A stretch of 64,000 nucleotides of DNA from an uncultured delta proteobacterium (GCA_963778655.1 CAVZVA010000009.1:1408001-1472000), one strand, 5' to 3'. Positions 39,334 through 51,365 are shown, counted from the stretch's first letter. Numbers and translations: made by a program. Notes: a model not told the origin generated them from the letters alone.

Positions 39334-40428
39334 TCAGGCCAGCGTCGCGCGCAAGGCCGCGAGCAGGCGGTCGTTTTCCTCCGGCAGGCCGACGCTGATA
39401 CGCAGGTGGCGCGGCAGCGTGGCGATGGGCCGCACGATCACGCCGTGGCCGAGCAGGCGCTGGCATAGCGGAGCGGCCTCGGCCGCGAAGCCGACGCACA
39501 GGAAATTGGCCTGGCTGGGCGCGACCTGCAGGCCGAGCTCGCGCAGCGCCTGGCCGAGCCGCGCGCGCTCGCCCTGGTTCAGCGCCACGCTGCGCGTGAG
39601 GTGCTCGACGTCGTCGAGCGCAGCCAGGGCGCCGGCCTGTGCCGCGCTCGAAAGGTTGAAGGGTATGCCCACGCGCGGCAGGTACGAGAGCAGGGCGGCC
39701 GGTCCGACGGCGTAACCGGCGCGCGCTGCGGCCAGCCCGAATACCTTGGAAAACGTGCGCAGCACGATCAGATTGGGACCAAGGCCGCGCAGCGTGAGCG
39801 CGCTGGCGTAGTCGCCGGCGTCGGCGAAGTGAAAATAGGCCTCGTCGATCACGGGGATCACGTGCGACGGCAGCTCCGACAGCAGGCGCGAGAGCGCTTC
39901 CTGGCCCAGATGGGTGCTGGTGGGATTGTTCGGGTTGTCGAGGAACAGCAGGCGCGTGCGCGGCTGCACCGCCTGCAGCAGGCGCTCGGGGTTCCAGTAC
40001 AGGCCCTGGTCGAGCGGAACCTCGGTGAACGGCACGTCGGCGGCCAGCAGGCTCAGCCGATAACAGACGAAGCTCGGTGTGCCGATCACCGCGTGATCAG
40101 CCGGTCCCGCGAACGCGCGGCAGATCAAGTCGATCAGCTCGTTGCTGCCGTGGCCGAAGGCGAGCTCGGCCGGGTCGACGTCGTGCTGCCGCGCCAGACG
40201 CGCGCGCAGCTCGAAGGCGTTGGTGTCGGGATAGCGGTGCGCCTGCGCGAGCACGGCCTGCATCGCCTGCAGCGCCTTGGGCGAGGGGCCGAGCGGGTTC
40301 TCGTTGCTGGCGAGCTTGACCGCCTCGGCGATGCCGAGCTCGCGTTCGACCTCTTCCACCGGCTTGCCCGGCGTGTAGGGCTCGACGCGCTCGAGGTGCG
40401 GGCGCGCCAGCGGGTGGCGCAGGCGCAT
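39334..40428 (-). CDS. hisC: Histidinol-phosphate aminotransferase
   Basis: YTPGKP, KLASNENPLGPS, NPNNPT, DEAY and RTFSKVFGLA motifs. Confidence 0.93.
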   Translation of the reverse strand: MRLRHPLARPHLERVEPYTPGKPVEEVERELGIAEAVKLASNENPLGPSPKALQAMQAVLAQAHRYPDTNAFELRARLARQHDVDPAELAFGHGSNELIDLICRAFAGPADHAVIGTPSFVCYRLSLLAADVPFTEVPLDQGLYWNPERLLQAVQPRTRLLFLDNPNNPTSTHLGQEALSRLLSELPSHVIPVIDEAYFHFADAGDYASALTLRGLGPNLIVLRTFSKVFGLAAARAGYAVGPAALLSYLPRVGIPFNLSSAAQAGALAALDDVEHLTRSVALNQGERARLGQALRELGLQVAPSQANFLCVGFAAEAAPLCQRLLGHGVIVRPIATLPRHLRISVGLPEENDRLLAALRATLA

Positions 40429-40435
40429 GGCGGGC

Positions 40436-41515
40436 TCAGGACTCCGTGACCGGGTAGCTGCCCAGCACCTTGACGTAGCGGCTCGAGGTCCGCAGCTCCT
40501 CGATCGCGGCCAGAATCGCGCGGTCCGTGATGTGGCCGTCGACCTCGAGCAGGATCAGATAGCGCCAGGCCCAGCCGCGCGCCGGGCGGGTTTCCAGGCG
40601 GTAGATGTTGAGCTTGCGATCCGCGAAGGGCTTGAGGCACTCGGCCAGCACACCGGGGGCGTCGTGCAGCGCGAGCGCGACCGCGGTGCGGTCGCGACCG
40701 CTGCGCGGCGGGAAGTCGTTGCCGACCGCCACGTAGCGCGTCTCGAGATCGCTCAGATCCTCGATCGAGCGCTCCACGTAGCGCAGTCCTGCCTGCTCCG
40801 CGACCAGCTCGGTGGTCAGCGCCGCCGCTTCGGCCTCGGTCTTGGCCTGCTGGGCCGCGACCACGCCGTTGCGCACGTCGATCACCACCGCGTCGGGGAA
40901 GCGCTGGCTGAGGTAGCTCTCGCAGGCGGCGATGGCGCTCGAGGAGGCGTAGATCTTCTTGACCTGCGCGCGCTCGCCGCTGAGCGAGCTCAGATGAAAG
41001 GCGCGGGGGATGCGCACCTCGGCGCAGATCTTGACGTCGCTGCGCGCCAGCAGGTTGAGGGTCGAGGTCACCGTGCCGTCGTGCGAGGTCTCGAACGGCA
41101 ACATGGCGTAGGAGGCGTGTCCGCGCTCGACCGCCGACAGTGCTTCTTCCGCGCTGTCCACCCCGTGCAGCGTGGCGGAGCTGCCGAACTGGCGCAGCGC
41201 TGCCAGGTGACCGAAGCCGCCTTCCTGACCCAGGTAGGCGATCTCCAGCGGCGCGGTGAGGCGGCTGCAAGCCGAGAGGATTTCGGTGACCACCGGTCGC
41301 ACCGCGTCCTTGGGGAACACCCGCACGCGCTCCACCATGCGCGCGATCGTCTCGTGATCGCGCGGCAGGGTGAAGTACGCCTCGGGCGAGCCGGCACGCA
41401 GCGCGGCAAACGCCTGCACCGCTTGTGCGCGCGCGTCCAGCGCCTCGGCCAGCGCGGCGTCGGCCGCCTCGAGCGCGGCCCGGATACGTTCGATCTCGTG
41501 CTTGTCGTCGGTCAT
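40436..41515 (-). CDS. pheA: Chorismate mutase / prephenate dehydratase / ACT (PheA-like), divergent motifs
   Basis: N-terminal AroQ-like helices, IAYLGQEG, PFETSHDGTV, ETRY; ACT domain PGVL...LETRP and VKVLGSYP. Confidence 0.8.
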   Translation of the reverse strand: MTDDKHEIERIRAALEAADAALAEALDARAQAVQAFAALRAGSPEAYFTLPRDHETIARMVERVRVFPKDAVRPVVTEILSACSRLTAPLEIAYLGQEGGFGHLAALRQFGSSATLHGVDSAEEALSAVERGHASYAMLPFETSHDGTVTSTLNLLARSDVKICAEVRIPRAFHLSSLSGERAQVKKIYASSSAIAACESYLSQRFPDAVVIDVRNGVVAAQQAKTEAEAAALTTELVAEQAGLRYVERSIEDLSDLETRYVAVGNDFPPRSGRDRTAVALALHDAPGVLAECLKPFADRKLNIYRLETRPARGWAWRYLILLEVDGHITDRAILAAIEELRTSSRYVKVLGSYPVTES

Positions 41516-41603
41516 GGCGCTGCAATTGATGATGAGCCATTCGTGCCGCCGGAGCAACGCGCGATACGCGCCAAGCCGGCGCGGGCCCGGCCCAAAGCGA
41601 CTT

Positions 41604-41654
41604 ACAGAAAGGCGGGAAGGATCAAAAAAACGTTCATGCTTCCCGCTTTCCTGT
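41604..41654. repeat. REP-like family B hairpin between mutS and pheA
   Basis: ACAGAAAGGCGGGAAG-N19-CTTCCCGCTTTCCTGT. Confidence 0.65.
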
Positions 41655-41680
41655 GTGCCGGGAGGCGCGAGCGTTGGAGC

Positions 41681-44317
41681 TCAGGAGCCCTTCGGCGGGA
41701 GCAGCTGTTTGAGACGGGCCAGCGCGTTGAGCGCGTCCAGCGGGGTCATGCGCTCGATCTCCAGCGCGCGCAGCGTGGCCTCGGCTTCGGACTCGGCCGC
41801 TGCGGCCGGCGGCGGGGCGAAGATCTCGAGCTGAGGACCGCCCGCGTCGTGGTCGCGGCCGCGCAGCGAGGCGGGGGCGCCCGAAGGCAGCGCACCCCCG
41901 CCCTCGAGATCGCGCAGCAGGGTTCGGGCGCGCGCGAGCACGATCTCGGGCACGCCCGCCAGTTGAGCCACGGCCACGCCATAGCTGCGGTTGGCGCCGC
42001 CTGGCACCAGCTTGTGCAGGAACACCACCTCCCCGCCGTACTGCTTGGCCGCGACGTTGAAGTTGACCACCGTGGGGCGGGTCTGGGCCAGCTCGCACAG
42101 CTCGTGGTAGTGGGTCGCGAACAGCGTGCGGCAGCCGATCGCGTCGTGCAGGTGCTCGGCCACCGCCCACGCGATCGCCAGCCCGTCATAGGTGCTGGTG
42201 CCGCGCCCGATCTCGTCGAGGATCACCAGCGACCGGCGCGACGCGCCGTGCAGGATGGCGGCGGTCTCGCGCATCTCCACCATGAACGTGCTCTGGCCCT
42301 GGGCCACGTTGTCGCTGGCGCCGACGCGTGTATAGATGCGGTCGGCCACTCCGATGCGCGCCGCGGCCGCGGGCACGAAGCCGCCCGCCTGGGCCATGAT
42401 CACCGCCAGCGCCACCTGGCGCATGGCGGTGGACTTGCCGGCCATGTTGGGGCCGGTGATGATCATCAAGCGCGGCCCGTTCGCGTCGAGCAGCACATCG
42501 TTGGGTACGAAGCTGCCGGTCTCGACCATGCGTTCGACGATCGGGTGGCGCGCCTCGCGCAGCTCGAGCGTGCACGAATCGTCGACCTGCGGCCGCACGT
42601 AGTCGTGGCGCACCGCGATCTCGGCCAGCGCCGCGTGCACGTCGAGATCCGCGAGCGCGAGCGCCAGGCGCTTGAGCTGCGGCGACCAGCCGCCCACCTC
42701 CGCGCGCAGCGCCTCGAACAGCTCGGCCTCGAGCGCGCACACGCGCTCGTCTGCGTTGAGGATCTTGGCCTGCAGCTCGTCCAGCTCCGGGGTGGTGAAG
42801 CGCTCGCCCCCGGCGACCGTCTGCTTGCGCCGGTAGTGCTCCGGCACCGCGCCGAGCTTGGACTTGCTGATCTCGATATAGTAGCCGAACACCTTGGTGA
42901 AGCGCAGCTTGAGCGAGCTGATTCCGGTCTGCTCGCGCTCGCGCTGCTCGAGCGCCAACACCACGTCCTTGCCGTGATCGCTGAGCTGGCGCAGCTCGGC
43001 GATGCGCGGGTCGTGCTCGGCGCGGAAGATGCCGCCCTGGGTCGCGCTGAGCGGCAGCTCATCGCGCAGCGCGTCGCCGAGCCGCGCGCGCAGCGGCTCG
43101 CAGGCTTCGTCGGGCAGCAGCGCGCGCAGCGCGTCGTCGGTGCTGCGGGCGCAGGCCTGCAGCAGGCGCTCGCGCAGCTCGACCACCGCAGCGAGGCTCG
43201 CGCCGATCGCGCCGAGGTCGCGTGGCGTGGCCACCCCGAGCGCGGCGCGCGTCGACAGCCGCTCCAGATCCGCCACGCGCTGCAGCCCCTTTTGCAGCTG
43301 CTCGCGCAGCGGCGCGTCGTCGACCAGCGCCTCGACCGCATCGTGGCGCCGGCGGATGCGCGCGACGTCGGTCAGCGGCGCGAGCAGCCGGCGGCGCAGG
43401 GCGCGCGCGCCCATCGCGGTCTGCGTAAGGTCGAGCAGCTGCAGCAGCGAGCCCTTGCGCTCGCCGCCGAGCGTGCTCACCAGCTCGAGGTTGCGCACCG
43501 CGGCGTCGTCGAGCAACAGCTGGTCGCCCGGGTCGTAGGGCGCGATGCGCTGCACGTCGAGCTGTCTGCCGGGCTGCGAGGCCTGCGCATAGCGCAGCGC
43601 GCGCGCCGCGGCGCGCAACGGCAGCGGCCCGAAGCCGCCCTCCCCGGCCGCGCTCTGCAGCAGCGCCCGCAGCGCGTCCTGTTCGTCGCCGCCACCGTCT
43701 TCGGGCAGCACGCGAAAGGCGGCCCGCGGCAGCACCCGCTGCAGCGATCGCTGCAGCTCGGCGGCGGCCGGCTCGAGCAGGATCTCGCGCGCGTCGAGCC
43801 GCACCAGCTCGGCCAGCACCTCCGCCGAGCTGCGCAGCTCCGCGGCGCGTGCCTCGGCGGTGGACAGCTCGAGCACCCCCAGCCCGAAACGTTCGCCGTC
43901 GCTGCTCACGCAGGCCAGATAGTTGGGCGCTCGCGCGTCGAGCGCGTCCGGGTCCAACACCAGCCCGGGCGTGACCACGCGCACCACCTCGCGCGGCACC
44001 ACGCCCTTGACCTTGCTCGGGTCCTCCATCTGCTCGCAGATCGCGACGCGCTGGCCCTGCTCGATCAGGCGCGCGACGTAGCCGGAGGCGGCATGGTGGG
44101 GCACGCCGGCCATCGGGATCGCGACGCCCTGGTCGTCGGTGCCGCGCGAGGTCAGGGTCAGGTCCAACAGCTCTGCGCCCAGCACCGCGTCCTCGAAGAA
44201 CATCTCGTAGAAGTCGCCCAGTCGGAAGAACAGGATCGCGTCCGGGTACGCCTGCTTGGCGCGGAAGAATTGCTCCATCGCGGGCGAGCGTTTGCTGGCT
44301 TTGGCGCGTGTGCTCAC
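41681..44317 (-). CDS. mutS: DNA mismatch repair protein MutS
   Basis: FRLGDFYEMF, ITGPNMAGKST, STFMVEM, DEIGRGTST and FATHYHEL motifs. Confidence 0.97.
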   Translation of the reverse strand: MSTRAKASKRSPAMEQFFRAKQAYPDAILFFRLGDFYEMFFEDAVLGAELLDLTLTSRGTDDQGVAIPMAGVPHHAASGYVARLIEQGQRVAICEQMEDPSKVKGVVPREVVRVVTPGLVLDPDALDARAPNYLACVSSDGERFGLGVLELSTAEARAAELRSSAEVLAELVRLDAREILLEPAAAELQRSLQRVLPRAAFRVLPEDGGGDEQDALRALLQSAAGEGGFGPLPLRAAARALRYAQASQPGRQLDVQRIAPYDPGDQLLLDDAAVRNLELVSTLGGERKGSLLQLLDLTQTAMGARALRRRLLAPLTDVARIRRRHDAVEALVDDAPLREQLQKGLQRVADLERLSTRAALGVATPRDLGAIGASLAAVVELRERLLQACARSTDDALRALLPDEACEPLRARLGDALRDELPLSATQGGIFRAEHDPRIAELRQLSDHGKDVVLALEQREREQTGISSLKLRFTKVFGYYIEISKSKLGAVPEHYRRKQTVAGGERFTTPELDELQAKILNADERVCALEAELFEALRAEVGGWSPQLKRLALALADLDVHAALAEIAVRHDYVRPQVDDSCTLELREARHPIVERMVETGSFVPNDVLLDANGPRLMIITGPNMAGKSTAMRQVALAVIMAQAGGFVPAAAARIGVADRIYTRVGASDNVAQGQSTFMVEMRETAAILHGASRRSLVILDEIGRGTSTYDGLAIAWAVAEHLHDAIGCRTLFATHYHELCELAQTRPTVVNFNVAAKQYGGEVVFLHKLVPGGANRSYGVAVAQLAGVPEIVLARARTLLRDLEGGGALPSGAPASLRGRDHDAGGPQLEIFAPPPAAAAESEAEATLRALEIERMTPLDALNALARLKQLLPPKGS

Positions 44318-44378
44318 GGTGCCCCCAGTAACATGGACCCGTCAGCTTAGCCGGCGCGGCTACGAGCTACCTGACCGC

Positions 44379-47054
44379 TCAGTCGAAGGTGCCGCTCGAA
44401 TCGACCGCTGCGGGGAACGGATCCAACGGGATGGGTACCAGGCCGCGGTTCGCGATGTCCACCAGGTACAGCCACCCGTCGGCGTCGCTGTAGCGCAGCT
44501 CCGACGGAACCACCGTGGTCCCCCCCAGGCCCACGGCGTTGGCGTTGAGCAGCAGGTGCACGGCGGGGGTCACGGTTTGAATCAGCAGGGCCACGCCCGG
44601 GTCCAGCGTCTGCCCGGCGGAGGCCAGCGGGCGAATCCGGAAGGCGACGCTGCGGTTGCGGAAGGTGCAGCCGAAGCGCGCGCGCCCGCGCAGCAGCGCG
44701 TCTGCCCCCGGATCGACCACGCAGCGTCCCACCGCCGTCGCGTGCACGCGGTGCTGGAAGCCGCTCTGGCCACCGTGCACGCGGAACATGCCGCGGGTGT
44801 TCACCTCGAAGCTCAACGGATCGGGGCCCACGCAGCGCAGCACATCCTCGTAGCTGCGCAGCTTGCCGACCGGCTTCACCAACCTGTCGCTGATCACCAG
44901 CCGGTCGCGGTAGGCGCGCCGGATGCCGAACGCGAGCGCCAGCGTGGGGTCGTCCTCGAGCGCCTTGGCCGCGTCCGCGCACTTGGTGATGTCGGCCTTG
45001 CCGAGCCCGGGCTCGAGCAGGTCCAACCCCGCCTTGCCCAGGATCGGCGAACGGATCACCAGCTGGTCGCCCAGCGGGGGTTGTTGGGCGGCATCGGCGC
45101 TACAGTTCACCCCTTCGAAGGCCGCCCCGACATCGTCGTCGCCGAGCACGCCCGCTCCGCAGAAGTCCATCGCGGCGGCCTGCAGCTCCGGCGCACCGCT
45201 TATGTTGTCCGTGCTTCCGGGCAGGCTCGCTTGCCCGTCGCCGCCGAAGGTATTCGGGATCAAGCCCTCGTAGACGGCGTCCCAGCTCTCGCTCGCGTGC
45301 CAGGGGTTTTCGTCGCCGCACAGCAGCGCCCGCTGGTAGCAGGGATCGCTCTGATCGGTGGTCGCCAGATCCGCGCTGGGATAGGTCGCCACCAGATCCG
45401 AGTCGCACGCGATGCAATCCATCTCCGGCGCGTCGGGGCTGCCGTTGGAGCCGTCGACCTGTATCGGGAAGGAAAGACCGGCGACCTGGAACCCGAACGT
45501 GCTGACGCTGGGCGTCAGCGGCACCAGGTCCGTGCCCGCGGCCTGCACGAAGCTCACCGCGATCCGAGCCTGGTTGCGCACCACGGCGGGATAGTGCGGC
45601 TGGCACTGGCGGCAGGCGTCCTTGGCGCCCGCAGCGGGCTTGAGCTCGAGATCATGCACGTCGACCACGCGCACGGTCCCGTCGGTGAGCGCGACCGCGA
45701 GAAAGACCCCACGCAGGCGCGCCGGGTCCTCCACCTGGTCGGAGCTGTCGGTGCAATAGGTAATGCTCTCGGCGGCGGTCTGCGGTGGTTGATCCGGAGT
45801 CGGCCGCACATACTGCTGGTTGGAGGGGCGGGCTACGTCGAAGCCCGGGGTTAGCACGGCGAGCGCTGTGGCCGCCGGCTGCGCCGGTCCCACGCCCGCG
45901 ACTTCGAGCCGATCGGGCCGTCCGCTGGGATCGGCGTTCACGTTGAGCAGCGTGCCGTGCTCCAGCGCCAGCACCGAGCCGTCGCCGGCATCCACGGCGT
46001 AGACGTATTGGGTCTCGGCCGAGCTGTCGAGGCTCACCGGCACGCGCGGCGTGACCGCCACCGCCCGCGTGGGCACGCCGGTCACGAGTGGAGCGAGCAG
46101 CGCCTCGCTGCCCTCGGTGCCGGGCGCGATCGCGTCGAGATCGATCACGTGAATCACCGGCCAGGTCGCGTCCGCGACCAGCAGCCTGCGCGTGCAGGGC
46201 TGGCCGTCGCGGCAATAGGCGTCGACCGCGAGCGCCTGGGGGCGCGGTGGGAGCGCGAAGGCATCGGCCGGCAGCTGCACCGGCTGCGGCGGCGGCGGGT
46301 CCTGCCAGTTGTAGTCGCACAGCAGCGAGTAGCTGGACGGAGGCTCGGTGCTGGCCGTCGGTGCCGAAACCCGATCGGCCGAGCCCTGCACCAGCACCGA
46401 CGAGATCCCGGCCTCGTCGATGAACCCTTCCTGACAGCCGTTCGCGGTCTGCCCGTGGCAGCGCTGCAGCGGCAGCCGCAGCACGCGGCCGAGGTCGGGC
46501 ACCGCCACCAGCAGCGCGTCCTCGTCGGGCGCGAGCACCATGTCTGTGGGCGCGGCGGGGACTTTGCCGCCGGCCGTGTCCACCATCAGCGCGACCACCT
46601 GTCCGGTCGGTTTACCGGTCCCGGGCGCGACCAGGTCGTGGGTCGCGATCGCGCGCACGTCGTGGCTGGCGAAATCGGCCACGTAGGTCAGCTCCGGGTG
46701 TTCCCGCGGCACCACGATCGCCGTCGGCTGCACGCCCACCGGCACGAAGGTGTAGCCGGGGATGTCGCGGCGGGTGTCGAGCACGGTCTGGCTGTCGAGG
46801 TCGACCGCGGCCACCTCACCGCGCGCGCTCTGCGTCACCAGTGCGTGCAACGCCACGCCGACGTTGGGGTTCGCCGCGAGGTCCAAGCCGTCGGTGCAGT
46901 GGTGCATCTTCACCGGGTAGCCGTTGGAGACGCACACGAAGTCCACGCGGTTGGGACGATCGAAGCGCGCGGGCGCCGGGATCGGCGCCTGGTTACCGCA
47001 GCCGAGCAGCAGCAACGCGGGCCACAGTCGTCGGCACAGGCGCCCGACGCTCAT
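44379..47054 (-). CDS. Large Cys-rich lipoprotein, probable beta-propeller
   Basis: Lipobox LLLGC; blade-like strands (TYVADFAS, LLVADAT, YVYAVDAG, WLYLVDIA); many Cys. Confidence 0.75.
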   Translation of the reverse strand: MSVGRLCRRLWPALLLLGCGNQAPIPAPARFDRPNRVDFVCVSNGYPVKMHHCTDGLDLAANPNVGVALHALVTQSARGEVAAVDLDSQTVLDTRRDIPGYTFVPVGVQPTAIVVPREHPELTYVADFASHDVRAIATHDLVAPGTGKPTGQVVALMVDTAGGKVPAAPTDMVLAPDEDALLVAVPDLGRVLRLPLQRCHGQTANGCQEGFIDEAGISSVLVQGSADRVSAPTASTEPPSSYSLLCDYNWQDPPPPQPVQLPADAFALPPRPQALAVDAYCRDGQPCTRRLLVADATWPVIHVIDLDAIAPGTEGSEALLAPLVTGVPTRAVAVTPRVPVSLDSSAETQYVYAVDAGDGSVLALEHGTLLNVNADPSGRPDRLEVAGVGPAQPAATALAVLTPGFDVARPSNQQYVRPTPDQPPQTAAESITYCTDSSDQVEDPARLRGVFLAVALTDGTVRVVDVHDLELKPAAGAKDACRQCQPHYPAVVRNQARIAVSFVQAAGTDLVPLTPSVSTFGFQVAGLSFPIQVDGSNGSPDAPEMDCIACDSDLVATYPSADLATTDQSDPCYQRALLCGDENPWHASESWDAVYEGLIPNTFGGDGQASLPGSTDNISGAPELQAAAMDFCGAGVLGDDDVGAAFEGVNCSADAAQQPPLGDQLVIRSPILGKAGLDLLEPGLGKADITKCADAAKALEDDPTLALAFGIRRAYRDRLVISDRLVKPVGKLRSYEDVLRCVGPDPLSFEVNTRGMFRVHGGQSGFQHRVHATAVGRCVVDPGADALLRGRARFGCTFRNRSVAFRIRPLASAGQTLDPGVALLIQTVTPAVHLLLNANAVGLGGTTVVPSELRYSDADGWLYLVDIANRGLVPIPLDPFPAAVDSSGTFD

Positions 47055-48424
47055 TGCAGCTCCTGCAGCACGTGCGGGTGACCGAGCGTGGCCACCACCC
47101 GCACGTTCGGATCGACCTCGCCGTCGAGCAACGGGGTCAGATCGATCACGCGGATCACCGAGGAGCGAAAATCGGCCACGTACAGCAACCTGCGCGACTC
47201 GTCGATCAACATCGCCAGCGGTCCGCTCAGATTGGGGATCACGACCCGGGTGAGCATGCTGGTCAGATCGATGATCGAGATCTCACGTGCGTCGAAGGCG
47301 GCCACCGCGGCCAGCGGATGTCCCGGAAACAAGCCCACCGCCAGCCGGCTGGCGCCCGCGCCCACCACCGTGGTGGCCTCCACGCGCGCCTGGTTGGGCG
47401 GGTTGCGCGCGGCATTGGCGTCGACGACCAGCAGGGCGTCCGGCGCCTGCGCCACCACCAGCGCGCGGTCCTGGGCCAGCGTCCCGCCGGCGGCGGCGAC
47501 CTCAGGGATGAAGGCGACATCGCGCGTGTCGCTGGCGCGCTGCACCCCGGTCAGCGCCAGCGCTCCGGCCGCGTAGGGCAGTGGTCTCGGCTTGCCGCTG
47601 GGATCGAACGTCACCGAGACGCCGACTCGCTCGAGCAACTTGTCGCTACCGGCGGCGGCCGCGGTCAGGTACAGCAGCCGAGTCGCGGGGTCATAGGCGG
47701 CACGGGTCAGGGCGCCTGCCAGCCCCGGCATCACGCCTGTCATCCGCAGCCTGTCGGAGTCGCTCTTTGCCTGTGGATCGAACGCGAAGCTGGCGAGCTC
47801 GCCGCCGGCGTGTGCGGTCAGCACGTAGTCGCCCTGCACCGCGCTCGCAGCAGGCAGCCAGTCGGAGAGAGGGCCCGAAATGATCAGCTGCGGGTCCGCG
47901 GGCCACGCCAACTTCGCCGGCGTGTCCTGTGTGACGTCGTCGTCCGGCACGGCGTGCAGGCTGCAGCGCTTTTCCATGCCGTTGCAGCGCAGCACGGCGT
48001 CCTTGCTGGCGGAGGCGTTGACGTGAATGAAGGTCAGGTTGTCTTCGGTGCGCGATGCCGCGAACAGATACTCTCCGTCCGAGGACAGGCCCAGGGCGGT
48101 CGAGAAGGGGCCGATCCAGACCTCGTCCTCGAGGACTTTGCCTGGATCGATCTCGCACTCCGGAGTCGAGCGGCAGGCATCGACCTCGCTCGCCAGGCGC
48201 TCGAGCGAGTAGGCCTGCACGGTGCCGGCGTTGTAGCGCAGATCGAAGTCGCTGTTGGCGACGAACAGCAGGCGCGGCGCCTCGCCCGGATCGTGCTTGG
48301 AAAACGCCATCGCGTTGGGGAAATACAGCTCCCCGCGCGGAGGGTCGTCCCCGGGGTTATTGATGTTGCAACCGAGCGCCGCGACGACCGCGGCGCACAG
48401 CAAAGCTCGAGCGCCAGCCGGCAT
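47051..48424 (-). CDS. Lipoprotein, YncE-like beta-propeller
   Basis: Lipobox ALGC; LFVANSDFD, LSSDGEYLFAAS and LLYVADFRSSVIRVID. Confidence 0.78.
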   Translation of the reverse strand: MPAGARALLCAAVVAALGCNINNPGDDPPRGELYFPNAMAFSKHDPGEAPRLLFVANSDFDLRYNAGTVQAYSLERLASEVDACRSTPECEIDPGKVLEDEVWIGPFSTALGLSSDGEYLFAASRTEDNLTFIHVNASASKDAVLRCNGMEKRCSLHAVPDDDVTQDTPAKLAWPADPQLIISGPLSDWLPAASAVQGDYVLTAHAGGELASFAFDPQAKSDSDRLRMTGVMPGLAGALTRAAYDPATRLLYLTAAAAGSDKLLERVGVSVTFDPSGKPRPLPYAAGALALTGVQRASDTRDVAFIPEVAAAGGTLAQDRALVVAQAPDALLVVDANAARNPPNQARVEATTVVGAGASRLAVGLFPGHPLAAVAAFDAREISIIDLTSMLTRVVIPNLSGPLAMLIDESRRLLYVADFRSSVIRVIDLTPLLDGEVDPNVRVVATLGHPHVLQELQ

Positions 48425-48545
48425 GGCGTGCGGACAGTAGTCGCTAGATCGCAGCGCTGCAAGCGAACGCGCACGCGCCGAGGCTCGGCACCAAAGGCAC
48501 GCCGGAGACGCTCCGGCTGCGGGGGCGCGCGCCGGCGCCGCGCGC

Positions 48546-50141
<1,596 letters not shown>

Positions 50142-50408
50142 GCGAGAGTGGGTCCCTATCCTAGTTCCCGTCCAGAGCCGTGCGGGAACGGCTCTGGGCC
50201 CGAGCCGGGATCGACAAAATGCCAGTGGCATTTCCCGACCCGGAGCCGCAAGCGCGCTCGCTCCTGAGCGCTTCTGGACGTGAGCTGGGCATTTCCGGGT
50301 AGCAAATAGTCTAAATAGGCCGACCGAGCGCGCACCGTGCGCGGGGGCCGCCGAGAGGGCTCGCCCCACGTGTAGCGATCATTGGCCATCGGCCTGCGGC
50401 GGTCAAGC

Positions 50409-51365
50409 TCATGCGCCGTCGCCTACATCCCCCTCCGCCTCGAGCGACGAAAGCGGGTCCTTTTCCGCCTGCTCGTCGACGTCGGCTTCGGCCGCGAGCG
50501 CCGCCAGGTCCTCGTCCGAAATGTGGGCGTCGCTGTGCTCGTCCTGGCGCGCGGCTTCCTCGGCGGCGGCCAGCAGCGCCTCGGCGTCCTCGACCTCTTC
50601 GCCGGTCTTGCGCTTGAACAGGGCGCGGTTCTCGTCGCTGAGCTCGGTGAACTCGTGCAGCGTCGGCAGGTCCTTGAGACTCTGCATGCCGAAGAATTCC
50701 AGGAAGTGCGAGGTCGTCCCGTACAGCAGCGGGCGGCCGGGCTCGTCCTTGCGCCCGATCATGCGGATCAAGCCCCGCTCGAGCAGCACGCGCATCGCCG
50801 ATCCGCTGTCCACCCCGCGCACCTCGTCGATCTCCGGGCGCGTGATCGGCTGCCGGTAGCTCACCAGCGCCAGCGTCTCGAGCTGCGCGCGCGTGAGGCG
50901 GACCGGCTTTTGTGCCACGAAGTCACGCACCCACGGGGCGCAGGCCGGTGCCGAGCGGAACTGATAGCCGCCCGCGACTTCCAGCAGCTCGATGCCGCGC
51001 GCTGCGTACTCGCCGATCAGCTCCGCCACCAGCTCGCGCACCTGCGCGGCGCGGACCTTGAGCGAGCGCGCGAGCTGTGCCGGAGTCACGGTGCGGTCGC
51101 TGACGAAGATCAAGCTCTCGAGCGCCTGCTTGAGCTGCTCGCGGCTCGGTTCCGGCCGCGGGGCGGGCGTTTGCTCGCCCGCCGGCGCCGGCTCGGCCTG
51201 CGGCTCGGCCGGCTGCTGCTGCGCGTCGGCGTCACCAGTGGCTTCGGCCGCGGCGGTCTCCGTGCTGCTGTCCTCGATCGGGATCGGCTCCGCGTGGGGC
51301 TCGGCGCTCACGCCGACCACCTCGCCGCTGTCGGCCCTCTTGCGTCGCTTGGCGCCCGCGCTCAT
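50409..51365 (-). CDS. scpB: SMC-ScpAB subunit ScpB
   Basis: LESLIF, VAGGYQFRS, LETLALVSYRQPITRPEIDEVRGV, PGRPLLYGTT and DLP motifs. Confidence 0.94.
   Translation of the reverse strand: MSAGAKRRKRADSGEVVGVSAEPHAEPIPIEDSSTETAAAEATGDADAQQQPAEPQAEPAPAGEQTPAPRPEPSREQLKQALESLIFVSDRTVTPAQLARSLKVRAAQVRELVAELIGEYAARGIELLEVAGGYQFRSAPACAPWVRDFVAQKPVRLTRAQLETLALVSYRQPITRPEIDEVRGVDSGSAMRVLLERGLIRMIGRKDEPGRPLLYGTTSHFLEFFGMQSLKDLPTLHEFTELSDENRALFKRKTGEEVEDAEALLAAAEEAARQDEHSDAHISDEDLAALAAEADVDEQAEKDPLSSLEAEGDVGDGA

Noticed and set aside
40427..44350. 1307-aa plus-strand ORF and other long antisense or alternative-frame ORFs (e.g. 4002-6035, 12940-15048, 23973-25874)
   Set aside because: These are shadows of well-supported genes, expected at high GC; they show no recognisable motifs.
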